64,000 bases of DNA. It comes from Sminthopsis crassicaudata (Eukaryota). The notes beneath the pieces are model-generated. The model ran no database searches, was not told the DNA's origin, and saw only the letters and a list, made by a program, of their open reading frames with translations. Both the position numbers and the translations under genes were made by a program. Position 1 is the stretch's first letter. Every line of letters starts with the position of its first letter. The stretch covers positions 608,362,889 to 608,426,888 of the forward strand of contig NC_133618.1 of NCBI RefSeq assembly GCF_048593235.1, read 5' to 3'. Shown one piece after another: positions 40,360-54,049 of this stretch.

Positions 40360-41210
40360 TATACTTCATGGTTTATAAATGCTTTGCTACATTATAATTT
40401 CATTTGAGCCTCATGACAACCCTGTGAGGTAGATACCACTATTATTATGATAACAATTCCCATTTTTTCAGATGAGGAAACTGAGATTATTATTATTGTT
40501 ATTATACCCATTTTTACAGATGAGAAACTGAGATTATTATTATTATTATGCCCATTTTTACAATTGAGGAAACTGAGACTATCATTATCATTATTATTAT
40601 GACAATTTTTACATCTGAGAAACAGACTATTATTATACACATTTTCATAAATGAGGAAAAAAAGACTTGTCCGTCACTCAGCTAATCAATACCAGATGCA
40701 AGATTATTATTCTTGTTATTATGCACATTTTTACATATGAAAACTGAGACTATTATTATTATGTCCATTTTTACAGATGAAGAAACTGAGGCTTTTATTA
40801 TTATGTCCATTTTTACATATGAGGAAACTCAGACTATTATTATACCCATTTTCATAAATGAGGAAACAAAGACTTGTCCGTCACTCAGCTAATCAATACC
40901 AGATGCAAGATTATTATTCTTGTTATTAAGCCCATTTTTACATATGAGAAACTGAGACTATTGTTATTATGTCCATTTTTACAGATGAAGAAACTGAGGC
41001 TTTTATTATTATGCCCATTTTTATAGATGAGGAAACTGAGCCTATTATTATTATGTCCATTTTTATAGATGAAGAAACTGAGGCTATTATTATTATGCCC
41101 ATTTTTACAGATGAGGAAACAAGACTTGTCCATCACTTCACTAATCAATGCCAGGTGCAAGATTTAACCTTGCATCTTCCTGATCCCAAGTCCAAGCTCT
41201 ACTCACTCTA
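40360..41210 (-). repeat. MIR SINE with internal core amplified into a ~40-45 bp minisatellite
   Basis: ~15 units of tattattat(g/a)cccatttttacagatgaggaaactgag between the MIR tail (gagcctcatgacaaccctgtgaggtag) and head; longer block at 40664, 40871, 41123. Confidence 0.85.
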
Positions 41211-43139
41211 ACACTCTGACTTTCATGGAATAAAGGCAAGAGGTAACACAGCTCAGCCTAATCTTGCCAAGCCTGAAATAGAAATTAGTATGTCATTACA
41301 GTGCCATCAAAGGAACACATTCCCTCGTGTCCTGCAAAACATGACAGGAATCTTGCCTTGACAAATTTAAACAGGGGAATAATTTTTTTTAACTTACTAT
41401 TTTTAGTTCCCATTTGCCTATGAATCAGCCTTCATGATACAGGAGCATCTAAGCCCCATCAGATGAAACCCAAGGCGACATCTCTGTTTATTATTTTGAA
41501 AAGAAAGCCCTGGTGCCAAGTTTCCTGCAACACCCAACTCAAACTATGAAATCTGGAGGACAGAACGTCCTGTTGCCAGGATTTAAAGACAGGAATATAT
41601 TCTGATCTAATAGATCAGCCGTATTTTCTTTTGGCAACAGGAAGGAATTGAATTCCAAAGAGCAAATGGGACTAAACCAACACACCTTTTGAGCTTCATG
41701 TGACATAATTTATATTTAACCCCTTACATCTTTGCCACCTTTTAAAACGGCTGAGAGTAAAGACATTTTATCCAGAGATACATTAATAAGTAGCACTTCA
41801 TTGGTACGTGCAAGTGTTAACAAGATATTGCTACATTCCCTTCGATGCTACTCCAGAAATGAAATCACCCAAATGGGAATAAAAGCTTCAATATTTCAAT
41901 GGATCTGGGAGATCATTGGTATGTGCACATGCTCCAGCAGGATTAGTCCCCTTTTTCTCTGCTTTTCTCCATAATCTTCCCAAAATCCTTCATGGACTAC
42001 CTAACACACTGGAGGACTTCTGAATGTTTTAATAATCACTATGACATTTCAGCTCTCCACTTGTCTTGTTATCTAATCGACTGTTCTACTTTCTCCTCAG
42101 CTACAGCAAACTTTTCCTGGCACATCTTGTATACACATCATCATTAGTATTATTCTGTAATATTCCGCTGCCTACACAATGCCTACATTCAGTAAGGTGA
42201 TATTTGAGTCACCAGCAATTTTGAGTCTTTCTTTGGAGATCATGGTATTCCTTGATATATCATCGCCAAGAAAGCACTGGAATTTTTTAAATGGGCATTA
42301 GTCTGGGATTCTGCAGAGCCATTTGGTACAACCACTGCAACCTCAGATGACTCCAGTATCTTGCATCTTTCCTTGAGAATGCAACGCAAAACCACAGAAT
42401 GTTAGAAGTGGAAAGGACCATGGAGTGATAGATTTGGAGGATTAGTTCAAATGTCACTTTCCCACCTAATAATGAATTTAGGCAAATCCTTGAGACTCAG
42501 TTCCCTCATCTGCAAAATGAGAATGTGGATAATATGATCTCAAAAATCCCTTCCAGATTTAAATCTATAATCCTGTGATCATTATTTTCATTGGAAAATG
42601 AGCTCTGTGAGCAAAGTGACTTGCAGCAAGCCATCCACAGACCTGGACCCAGAACCTACCCAGTGTTCATTCTAACACTATAAGGCATATTCCAGGACAT
42701 CATGTACTCTTCCAGAGATGATGACAGAGCCATAATGGAATACAAGCTCATTCAGACTCCTCTAATTTTGATTGATTTATATGTAATAGTGTATTAGTTG
42801 TTACAAGGGAGCTAAGCTGAGAACTAGTAATAGGAAGAATGTTGGAGTATCAGAAGTCTGAGGTTTAAATTCACAAATGTCAAATTTCTATGAATCCCAG
42901 TTTTCCGTAATTGTAAAAAACCATTTGCCCTGCCTTCTACCCAGGAATTTGTGAGGATCAAAAGAGAGAGTGAATAAAAAAGTACTTTGTAAACTGTACA
43001 TTGATTTAAAAATATAAGGAATTAGGTAAAGTCACTGCCCTTCCATATTCACACAGTTATTAATGCTCTCCCCTCCCCCTCCATTACCATTGATACCCAA
43101 CCCAGATACTATTAATAATGATAATCATAATAATGAAGA

Positions 43140-43400
43140 TGATCACAATAGCAACTAGCATTTAAATGGTGCTTTAAAGTTTTCAAAGCACTTGAAAAAT
43201 ACTTTCTCATTTGATCCTTAAAACAAGTCTGGGAGGTAGGTACTATTATTATCACCATTTTATAGATGAGGAAACAGGAAGGCTAAGGTTAAATGACTAA
43301 TCCAGGGATCACACAACTAGTAAATATCTGAGGCTGAATTTGAACTCAGATCTTCCTAATATCGAGTCCAATACCTATCCATTGTGCCACCTACCTTTAC
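43140..43400 (-). mobile_element. MIR/MAR-type SINE
   Basis: ctagcatttaaatggtgc...ttttatagatgaggaaac...gaatttgaactcagatcttcc. Confidence 0.75.
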
Positions 43401-45075
43401 TTTAAAAATCATTTGTAAAAAAATCTACTCATGTACTGAAACCCTGGCTTGATCTGCCAGCCCTGGAGGAAGGAAGGTCTTCTCTCTTTCACAATTGCCC
43501 AACCCCATCCCATGATCCCAACACGCCAAGCCCAGAGACCTAACGCACAGCAGGTGCTCCAGGATAGCTGATGAGGAGGAGAGGAACAGAGGTCATTAAA
43601 GGGCTGGGCTGGAACACTAATGGGGAATTCAGATTGTGCAACCTGGAAGAAAGAAGCCCTGAAGGGAAAAATTTCCTAATGATTTTCAAGTAAAACAACA
43701 GGGAATAATTGCAAAGAAAGGCATTCTCACCCAGTGAAACATCTGAGTTGATAGTCTGAAAGAAATGCAATTTTAGTCTTCCCAACTAGACTCAGCAACT
43801 CCATCAGCTTCCAAACGAGCCTCAGTAAAATGAGGATCTGCTATTAATGAAGACTTCAGAAGAATTTTTAATTAGCACATTCATTGTTTGTATGCAAATG
43901 ACTGTTGCCGAAGTAGTTATGAAAGTGCTAGAAGACAGCTTTTCTGAAGTAAACAGCCTCTGGCAATCTTATTTATACTTTATTTGCTGAGTCAATCTTT
44001 CTTTCCAAAATGGTGAAGACCTGAAATGGCTCATTAGAAAGGAAAATGTTTTAGCCACTAAGATTGGGAGACCAATTGCAATTTCTAGTCCCAGGTCTAT
44101 CGTGCAGTAACAAGAACCTATCCTTGGAACCTCAGTTTCCCCATCAGTAAAATGAGAAGTTTGAACTAAATGACTCAATGATTTCTTCTAACTCTAACAT
44201 CTGTGATTCTTTGTGTGAATGTCTGATTCATGAACTGGAGCATGCATTAATTAGTTTTTTCTGTTTATTCTATAGAGAAACCCATAAACCAGATTTGGAC
44301 ATTAAGATGACTTAATTTCATCTCAACACAGCCGGGGGACTCCATTCCTGGAGCTCACCGGGTGGTCCCAGCCAGAGAAACAGAAATTATCAGTCTTGTT
44401 CTGGGTTATAAATCTGGGAATTATCAGAAAAATCTTAAGGAAGCTTTCTTCAGACCCTTCCTTTAAATGATACCTCTCAAATGTTTCCTTCTTACAACCA
44501 CTCAAGCCCCTCTACTCCCCTACTTTAGACTCAACTGTTGTTCTGTTCCTTTATCCTACTTATGAGAGAGAACTCATTAAGTAATGTTGACCCCAAAGTC
44601 CTGTTTTCCAGCGACCTAGAAAAGACCCAGCCTTCATCCTCCAATGAAGTTCATTCATAAAATCAGTCTTGGAATGTGATGGGACCCTGACAGGGGGCAT
44701 TCCAATCTTGCCACCACTTCCAAAACTGTCCAGTTCCTAATGATTTTCCAAATTAGTGAAACATTTGAGTTGATGACCTATGTGAACAATTCATTGTTCA
44801 CTTAAAATCACTTAAAATGAGTGTTTCTTTTCATTCCTCTGCTGACTTCTGCCTCCATGTTCTCTGAATCAGAATTCCAGACATTTACATCTAGAACTCA
44901 GATATCATATAGCTTCCTCAGAACTCTAAGATCAGAAAAAGCCCACAGCATCCAAACTTCCCATGCTGACTGGAGACATGTCATAGAGCCACTTAGTCAC
45001 GGAATTTCAGTGATGACAAAAAGGGACCCCAAGGGCCATTTATTCTAACACCAACAATTTATACAAGAAAGATTC

Positions 45076-45222
45076 TTTTTTTTTCTCCTGAGGCAGTTGG
45101 GGTTAAGTGACTTGCCAAGGGTCACACAGCTTGTTAGTATTAAGTGTCTCAGGCCAGATTTGAACTCAGGTCCTCCTGATTTCAGGGCTGGTGCTCTATC
45201 CACTTCACCACCTAGCTGCCCC
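45076..45222 (-). mobile_element. WSINE1-like SINE
   Basis: gaggcagttggggttaagtgacttgccaagggtcacacagc...gctctatccac...cacctagctgcccc. Confidence 0.85.
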
Positions 45223-45286
45223 AGACCTACTGATTCTAAATAGATAGTGAGTAGATGGCAGTCAGAATTAGAACTCGGCACAGACT

Positions 45287-46830
45287 TTGAGAGTTGGAAG
45301 ACATCTCAGAGGTTCTCTAATCCAACCCATGGAGGAATCCTCACTAGAACACACTGGACATGCAGTTGTTTGCCTGGCTTCTGCTCCAAAGAGACACCAT
45401 TCTCTCTCTCAAAGTAGCCCAGCCCATTTAGGGACAGCTCCAACTGTTAGGATGTTTTTTCCTATCATTATGTCTATATTAACCTTTCTGTGACTTTTAC
45501 ACATTCCTCCTGTGTAAAGTCTGGGCTATCTCCCTGGAGGCCTCAGGAACAGCCTGAGTCAAGATAAGTAAAAGTCCTTGATCTTTAAGGGGAGAAGTGA
45601 AGGAGACAAACTGCTACAAGCTCACCACCAACCTCCCTTTTCCTGGTCCTGCTGCAAAGTGAAGTTCTCTCACTTGTCTCACCCCACCCCTTAATCCTTA
45701 CCTACAATTATCTCTATACACCAAACTTGGAGCCAGCATTAACTGTGACAAAGGCTATTTTCTCAAACATATACTAATAGAATCATTGTCCAAGAGGTAA
45801 TTAACCTTAAGTGCTCAGTTGTCTGATTCAAGCACATCTTTTTAAGACTTTCAGCTCTTTACACTCCTGGTTTTGCCATTTGGGACTAAAAAGAACATAT
45901 CGAATCTCTCCTCCCCAAGGCAATCCTGAAAAGGCTTGAAGGCAGCTATCATCTCTCTCTCACCCTTCTCTCTAAGCAAATTTGCTCATTTGAGCTCTTT
46001 GAGGGCAGGAGTTGCCTTTCTTTGTTTCCATAGAATTTAGTACCTTGCCTGGCATACAGTAAGTAATGTGTATCAGTGGACTGGTTCCTTCAGATGTCAT
46101 GGGTCTAAGGCAATTTACCATTCTGGTTGTATTCCTTTGGATATTCTCCACTAGGGGTGTCAAATTCAAATGGAAATTGGGAACCACTAAACCCTACACA
46201 AGGATGAAGCCATATTTGACAGAATATTTTTCTGTTTGTTAAATTTACATGTTTGTTAAATATTTCCAGTTACACTTTAAACTGATTCCACAGGCACAAA
46301 GGAGGAGTGATACAAGCAGTCAGCCATGAGTTTGAAACCTTTTCTCTCCACTTTATTGATATCTTTAAAGTGGGGTGCCCAGAACTGAAACCAATACTCC
46401 ATATGAAGATGGATAATAGCAAATTACCATGGGATTATCACCTTCTATTGCCATAAGCATTGCCTGTCTTATTATGGTCCGAGATGTTTTGGCTGCCAAA
46501 TCATACTGCTGGCTCAAGTTAAGCAGACAGTCCATTAAAATCCAAGGGTCTTTTTCAGAAGTAATCAAGCTTCCCCCATCTTGTATTTATGAAGTTAATT
46601 TTTCTTCTACTCAGGCACAAGACTTTACTTTTATCCCTATTGAATTTACATTATTAAATGAGCCATCTTGTCAAAAATCCTTTGAGATTCTGACTGTCAT
46701 CTATTCCATTAGCTACATCATTCCTCTCTGTTTTGGGTTCTCCATAAATCTGATAATCAAACCTGACTATGCCTTCATCCAAGACATTGAGAGAAATACC
46801 AAGAGCACAAGATTCCTACTCCACTGATAC
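45287..46830 (-). mobile_element. L3/CR1 RT C-terminus and 3' end, fragmented
   Basis: Minus translations LNVLDEG, DCLLNLSQQYDLAAK, FQFWAPHFKD, VENIQRNTTRMV match CR1 RT motifs (INDLDEG, LNMSQQC.AAKK, QFWAP.FK.D, VQRRATRM); split by an L2 end (~45975-46060) and a MITE. Confidence 0.7.
46152..46343. mobile_element. hAT MITE with 8-bp TSD nested in CR1
   Basis: TIRs taggggtgtcaaattca / tgagtttgaaacctttt; TSD ttctccac (46144-51) / ctctccac (46344-51). Confidence 0.75.
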
Positions 46831-47109
46831 TTAACCCTCACATTAGCAACAGGCTCTGAATCCGAGCACTCTATCAACTGTAAATCCCTACCCCTGTTGT
46901 TAGCACCGAATCCATTGTCTTCATCTTCCCCACAAAACTCTTTGCCAAAACCTGAAGGTTCCCCCTTGTCCTTATCTACCAGATCCTCCAATTCCAAATC
47001 TGGGACTCTTTCAACTGTACCTCTGTGTTACCAAGGACACACCATTTAACCCTTATGGTTGGAGGAAGCTTTCTTAGAGTTCTTACACCAATAAAATTAT
47101 AAGGCTAGA

Positions 47110-47200
47110 GAATTCAAATCCAGCCTCAAACATTTGACACTTACTAGCTGTGTGAAGCTGGGCAAATCACTTAACCCCAATTGCCTAACCAAAAAATAAT
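47110..47200 (+). mobile_element. WSINE1-like SINE 3' portion
   Basis: aattcaaatccagcctcaaacatttgacacttactagctgtgtgaagctgggcaaatcacttaaccccaattgcc. Confidence 0.75.
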
Positions 47201-47385
47201 GATATATATTATATATATTAATAAATTAATGAGATATTATAATATATTATATATATAAGATATAATTTATATATTACATATATTATTTATTATATGTAAT
47301 ATTTAATTCATATATTTATAATATATAATTATATAAAATAATATATATATAACATTGTATAATGATATATTAATAATATTAATAA
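47201..47385. repeat. degenerate (TA)n tract
   Basis: near-pure A/T directly after the SINE tail. Confidence 0.9.
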
Positions 47386-50039
47386 TTACCTGTTTCACCT
47401 AAGTGGTGAGCATCCAAATCAGAACCTGTTCCAACTGAGTAGCCATACTCAGTCCAATGTCAGCATCTCATGCCCATAGGTTTGTACTTCCTCTGCCATG
47501 TTTTCTGGTACTTCTTCAGCATTCTGCCCTCAGAGCAGTGGCAGATAGTGACTATAGTTCTCCCAGTGATATGTGAAGACTTATGGGGGTGACATGCTGT
47601 AAGTAAGGAATTCCAGTGTCCACACAGTGGAATCTCATGCTGAAACTTTTAAGGCCCCAGGGCTGATGCTACAAATCAAGTCTGATCCCATCTCTACCCT
47701 TCTCAAATACTGGTAGTGTCTCCACACTGTCTCATAGATAAAATAAAGATACCTTATCCTTTCTGGCATTCATGACTCTTAACAGTCTGTCTCTAATTTG
47801 CTTTTCCAGCCGTATTTTACACTCCTCTCCTTCAGGCATTCCAGACTCACTGGACCACATGCTGCTCTCCATTTTCAACCTGTCAACTTCTGTTTCACAG
47901 CATTTGTGTACAAAATCCTTTTCATTTGTAAAAACGAGGAGCTTAGAATAGAGAATTCTAAAGAAAATTTCAGCTCATATTTGCTTTAGAGATCTCCTCC
48001 CCTTCCTTGAAAAAAAAAAAAGATTCCTAATAATACATACATAGTTCTCAGATCCACAAAATTCTTCCCACAAAACAACCTGGGAGTTAGGTCAAGCAAG
48101 GGCTGTTATCCCAGCATGGTGTCGTGATCAGAGCTTTGGCCCCGGACTCAGGAGAGCATGGCACTTCAGTCTTAGTTCTGACCTTTACTAATTTTACAAT
48201 CAAGTACAAATCATTTCGCTATGCTGGTGTTCGGGTTCCACATCTAAAAAAATAGTGATTCGACTTCCACAGAACCTACTTCACGTGACTGATGATGAAA
48301 TGAAATTAAAGAACTATAAATGTCAGTTACTGTCATTATGTTTTTCATTTTAACAATGAGGAACCCGGTGGCCATGTTCTGGGTCTCTAACCAAGGTGAT
48401 TATTAAGTGGGAGATCTTCCCTCTGGAGAGAAAAGACCAGAGCCAGGAGCTAGGAGACTCTAAGGAGCTGGTGCAGAAGCAGCATAAGGAGAGACTACTT
48501 CAGACTGCCCAGCATTGACCTGGGATTTAGTTGGAAATCAAAGTGCCCCGTCCCCCCCAAAGTCTGGATGCTGCATAGCAGATGTAGAGATTGGGAGACA
48601 GGTCTCTAAAAGGGGGCTCCTTCCATCTGATGAGGAACAGTGGAGGCACCATATCTCCCCCCTCAATCCCTGGCTCTGCTGTGTACCTGGCCTTGAGATC
48701 TCTCCCACCCTGGACAAGCTTGCCAGACACATCACCCCAACACACATTAACCCTGTACCCTTCCCCACTTTGGTCCCCGCCTTTCAGGGTTCTAGCTAAG
48801 AGCCATCAGGAAAACCATCCAAGGATAGTTGAGAGAACTACCATGATTCTTTAATACAACAACAATAACAACTCAGTCTGACCCCTAAAAAAGCTCATGA
48901 GGGAAACTGAGGAACAGAGAAGCTAAGGTTCAAGACGTGAATCAGTGTCAGAATCTGGTTTCAAATCCAGGTCCTCTGACTCCAAAATCCCCTGGTCATC
49001 CCACAATGCCTCTCATAGACGTTTCAATTTGACCATAATTATGTCATAATTCTAGATTCTCCCTTTTTTGGTTTTTTTTTCCCATTTTCCTGATCAGATC
49101 ACAGTCTGAAGGAGAGATTTTTCTGGTTTTGCTCTTCTTTAATTCCTAGTAATCTGTCTCTTAACAAGTAGGGTGTGCCAAGGCGCTGGGAAGTCTTTAG
49201 ATAGTCTAGAGGAGGAGGGGGAAAGGTTGAGGCTCCCTGAGACCTTTAGCAAATCAAAATGTCTAATCTGGGATTAGCTAATCCAAAAACCTTTCCATAT
49301 TTACTTAGCAACGGTTGGATACTCATCCCACAAAAGATACACTGGGACAAACCAGGAAAAGGAAAAGGAAACAGTGAGATAAGGGTAGTTGCATTCTTGG
49401 CACTGAGCTAAGGAAAGATGCTTGAGTGGCCAGGATATATTCTTCCTTCTGAGAGAGGAATGAGATAACATGTCGTTGTAACTTTAAGCTATAACTGGCT
49501 GCTAAGAGGAGCATTAACAGGACCCATCTTTTCTTTCCACTCATTTTCTTGTGGTTAATAGTCGATCAATTGGCAGCCTGTTGGCAGCAGACCTCCTGTT
49601 TCATGTTGTAATCAGGGTGTAGGTAAGGGAGCTCCTACCTTTAAATCCCAGCTTTCCTCACAAAGAGGGGAAATTAAACCAATCATTCACTGCCTCAGAC
49701 AAAGTGTTTATTAAACAGAAAGACAAGCTACAAGAACAATGAAAGACATGGTGCTTGTCCCCTTGAGCAATTCAAAATTCAATGCACACACAGGGAAATG
49801 ACCTAAAAGGAAGGTAATATATCTAAAGTCCAAAATGACTTACAGTTAACTGAGTCTACAAGAGCAGAGGAAATGCTGTACAGAATGGGAGTTAATGTAA
49901 ACAATCAGAAAAAGCTAAAGATATGACTCTATGTAACACAAATTCAAAAAGATTCATTGAGAGAACTTTTTATTTAAATAAAAGTTTCATATATATTATA
50001 TATAAAATATAAATATAAATTTATTAGATTTATTATGCA

Positions 50040-51300
50040 TTTATTATGTACCTACTATGTTCTAGTCACTGTGCCAAATATTGGAAATACAAAGACAGTC
50101 CCAAACCCTACCTTTATGGAGCTCCAATCGAATGAGGGAAACGATGTACAGACAATTATATAAGGGGGAGATAGAGACCAGAATAAATTGAGGGCACACT
50201 CAAAGGGAAGACACTAAAGGTGAGGACTGGAAAAAACTTCATGCAGAAGGAAGGATGTTAGCTGAGACGAGAAGGAAGCCAGGGAGAGATGAGGGGCAAG
50301 AAAGTTCCAGATATGGAGGATAGCCAATGAAAATGCTCCAGGCTGGGAGATAAAATATCTAGTGGGACTAAGAGCAAGAGCACCAGTGCTACTGGATCTG
50401 AATATGTGGAGGTGTAAAAAGATGAACAAAGCAGGAAGGAGCCAAGTGATGAAGAGTTTTAAAAGTCAAATAGAGGACTTTAAATTGGATCCAGGGAGCC
50501 ATGGAGTCCCAATGGAGTTTACTTAATGGAGGGTGTGTGCTGTATGATAGGGTCCGACTTGTATTTTAGGAAGACCAATTTGATGTTTAGGGGAAGGATG
50601 GGTTGGGAAGAGATTTGAGGAACCAACAGACTAGTTTTGAAAGAGACCAGGCCTGAGATAATGAGATCCTATACCAGAGTAGTTGCAATGACAGAAGACA
50701 GATGTTACAAAGGCAAAAACATCAAGACTTGATGATTAGATATGGCCTAAAAGAGAGTAAGTAGTCAGGGAAATGATGATAGATAACTCTCCGAAATAAT
50801 AGGAAAGCTAAAAAGAGAGAATTTTGGGGAAAAGATAACAAATTTGGTTTTGAAGAGATTGGATTTAAGATATCCAAGGGACATCTAGTTTGGAATGTCC
50901 AAAAGGCAATTTAATTGCAAATACAACACTTGAGGTCACCAGAGAGTTTAGGACTGGCAAGTAGATCAGAGAATCATCTACATAAAGGTGACCATTAAAA
51001 CCATAGGAGCCTATATGATTACCAAGTAAAATACAATAGAGGGAGAAGTGAAGAGGGTCCAGGACAGAGTATTAGGAGACCCTCCACAGTTAACAAGAAT
51101 GACTCAGATAAAGATTTAGGAAGGAGACAGAAGTCAAACAAGTAAGAAAACACAGACAAAGAAGGAGAGATAAGTGTCATTAAAATCTAGAAAAAGAGAG
51201 TATCCAGAAGAAAAAGATAATTTGGTGATTGAGGTTCTAGAAAAGGCCTTTAGAGTTGGCAATTGAGAGATCACTGGTAGCTTTGAGAATGAGGTCAGAA
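50040..51300 (-). mobile_element. L2 fragment (~1.2 kb)
   Basis: Antisense L2 end (tacctactatgttctagtcactgtgcc...) and body motifs (ggatttaagatatccaagggacatctagttt, agagaatcatctacataaagg). Confidence 0.65.
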
Positions 51301-52799
51301 GTTACACTACTGAGAAGTATGTTATCTCTTGAAATGTAAATCTCTTATCTGAGTCCTTAAACTAAGCATCTAGGACTTTTAAATGGTATCTTCTAAACTA
51401 AATCAACCCTGACCTCCACCTCTCCAAGGGGTAAAGTTATCTATTTTGCTTAAAATGTTGTTGTCTTTTTTTTTTTTTAAATAAAGATGTAATATATGGC
51501 CTACTTCAGAGGTTCCTGTAAGGAAAATACTCTATAAACCTTAAAATGCTTTAGAAATAAGTAATTTTTGTTTCAGGCAATTATTATTCAGGTTAAATAA
51601 AGAGAAGGAGGTGGCAAGTTTTTTCTTGAAGGAATAATAAGAGAAATAGTATTTCCCAATACATTGCATCTTACCCCTTCCACTAAGACATACCCTGTAA
51701 CAAAGAAAATTCATAAACCTACTGGCTCATGTCTGACAAACTAGATAACAACCTTCTCCCAAAAGCTTCTTTCTCAAGAATTGAGGAATGGGCTTCATCT
51801 TTCAGCTTCCAGGACTATAATTAAAGGTCACATTGAACATGATTTTTTCTGCTTTTTTAATGTTGTTTACATTATGTTGTTATGGCAATTTTTTCCCTAA
51901 TGTTTCCTGTTTTCTTAATTTTTGCATTTATTTTTGATGATCTTAAATGAAATTCAAGGATCTTCTGGGAATTCAATAAGATCATATGGACAGATATGAC
52001 AGACATTAGAAGAAAAAAAAATCTCAAAAAGGCCTATCACATTATCACAAATACTCAAATTTAGAAGTTGGAATCCCTATTATTGATCCTTAACATATCT
52101 TAAATTAAAACTCTAAGTTTTGTATGTAATTAAAACTATGCATTTCAGTGAAATTTGATTTTTTAAAAATTTCAATGACTATTTAGATGGTCATGAGTAG
52201 TAATAAAATTGAGAAACAATCTATGAAAATTAAAGAATCACATCTACATCAACAGTATCATGGAATAAAAAAATGAATGGAAAAGGGTAGCAGGATGGAA
52301 AAATTGCAAAAGAAATGAAGTCATACAAGTTTTCTTAAGAGTTAAGAACTTCAAAGGTAAAAATTTTAAATTTCCAGATATTCCAAAAGAACAGAAAATA
52401 CCAAAATACTCAAATGAATTTAAGTGAACCCCTTCTTAAAATATCTTATCCAGATTTCAAGTTCATTTTTACATACACGAAAAATGTTATGTGTATTTTA
52501 TTCATAAGTAAATTACTACACTTACTGGACATTGCCTGTACTTAAAATGGTTTGATCATCTGAGTCTTTTAATATGGAATCATAATAAAGACTGACAAGT
52601 AATTCCTTAAATTTTGCAAAGAGCTTTACATATATAATCTCCTTTTCACTTCACAACAGCCCAGTAAGGGAGATACCATAAAATAACAGTCTAAATGGAC
52701 AGAACTCTTACTTTACAGTAGATTTACCCAATACTTTTTTTTTGTCTATAGTTCACAGGTCAAATTTTCTTAATTAGTTGAACATAAAGTACATTATAA

Positions 52800-53190
52800 A
52801 ATTTTTAAATTGAGAGGTAATTCAGGCCAATTCCAAGTGATTAATGATAGAGAGAGCCATCTTCCCCAGAGAAAGGACTGTGGGGATTGAGTGGGGATCA
52901 CAACCTAGTATTTCACCTTTTTGTTGTTGTTGTTGTTGTTTGCTTGATGTTTGTTTTCTTTCTCATTTTTTTTTCCTTTTTGATCTGATTTTTCTTGTGC
53001 AGCAATTATGGAATTAATATATAGAAGAATTGCACATGTTTAACACAGATTGGATGATTTACTGTCTGGGGGAGAGGATAAAAGGAAGGGAGGGAGAAAG
53101 GTTTGGAACACATGGTTTTGTGAAGTTGAATGGTTGAAAATTATCTTTGCATATATTTTGAAAATAAAAAAAACTATTTAAAAAATTAAA
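52800..53190 (+). mobile_element. L1 3' UTR fragment
   Basis: Same family as 7395-7765 (gccatcttccccaga, tttttgatctgatttttcttgtgcagca, aattgcacatgtttaac). Confidence 0.8.
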
Positions 53191-53394
53191 AAATTAAATT
53201 GCTGCCTTCCTCTTGTGGTGGTCTTTACAAAGCAACAATATTGATCTGGGTTTTCAGAGATTTCCTTTTTTGGGAAATCATCTAAAACTATCAACCTGTT
53301 ATAATTCATTGGACGCTGCCTCTGAAGTTAAAGGACCTGGGTTCAAATTTTACTTTTGTCTGTATGATCTTGGGGAAGGAAAAGAAAAAGAATA

Positions 53395-53645
53395 AAAATT
53401 TGTTAAGTGCCTACTGTGTGCTAGGTCCTGTGCTAAGCACTTCACAAATATTACCTCCTTTAGTTCTCACAAAAATCCTAGAAAGTAACTGCTGTTACTG
53501 TCCCCATTTTCCAATTGAGGAAACTGAGGCAGATAGCTTACCTGCTATTGGCTTGTTAGTAAGTTTTTGAGGCTGAATTTGAAATCAGACGTTCCTGTTT
53601 CCAGGCCCAATGTTCTGTTTGCTGTGCTACCTAATTGCCAATATG
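53395..53645 (-). mobile_element. MIR/MAR-type SINE
   Basis: ttaagtgcctactgtgtgctagg...gaggaaactgaggcaga...gctacctaattgcc. Confidence 0.75.
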
Positions 53646-54049
53646 GCTTACTTTAGGAGAGTTACTTAATCCCTTTGTGCCTCAGTTTCCCAACTAGAAA
53701 ACAAAGTGGGGTTAAACTGAATGCAAGTCAGTCAATCATTATTTATTAAGTGCCTGCAATGTGCCGGGTTCATGGTTAAGTACTAGGGATACAAAGAACG
53801 GTAAAAGACAGTCCCTGCTCTCAAGAAAGTCTCAGAGCCTTCAACTCCTTATCTATGAATTTTCTCTCACTTTTATTCTTTGTTATTCAGTTCGAGGAAC
53901 ACATATTGAAGAAAAAAATAACCAGGTTGTCGATCCCTGTTAGGCAGAATCTATAAATCAGTATTTTTAGTAAAATTGATATGTAGAAAACAACAAATGT
54001 ATAAAAACAAACAAAACAAAATATTACCTGGTCCTATGCAGACCAGGGA

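Noticed and set aside
40430-41160. Repeat-spacer (CRISPR-like) appearance; Asn-rich KNGHNNN ORFs
   Set aside because: Eukaryotic context, no unique spacers, and the units are MIR core; the ORFs are a by-product of the repeat.
41858-41919. Possible + strand exon NEITQMGIKASIFQWIWEII with a gtatgt donor; also isolated gtaagt donors near 27245, 32252 and 47599
   Set aside because: Weak acceptors or in-frame stops; such sites are expected by chance in 64 kb.
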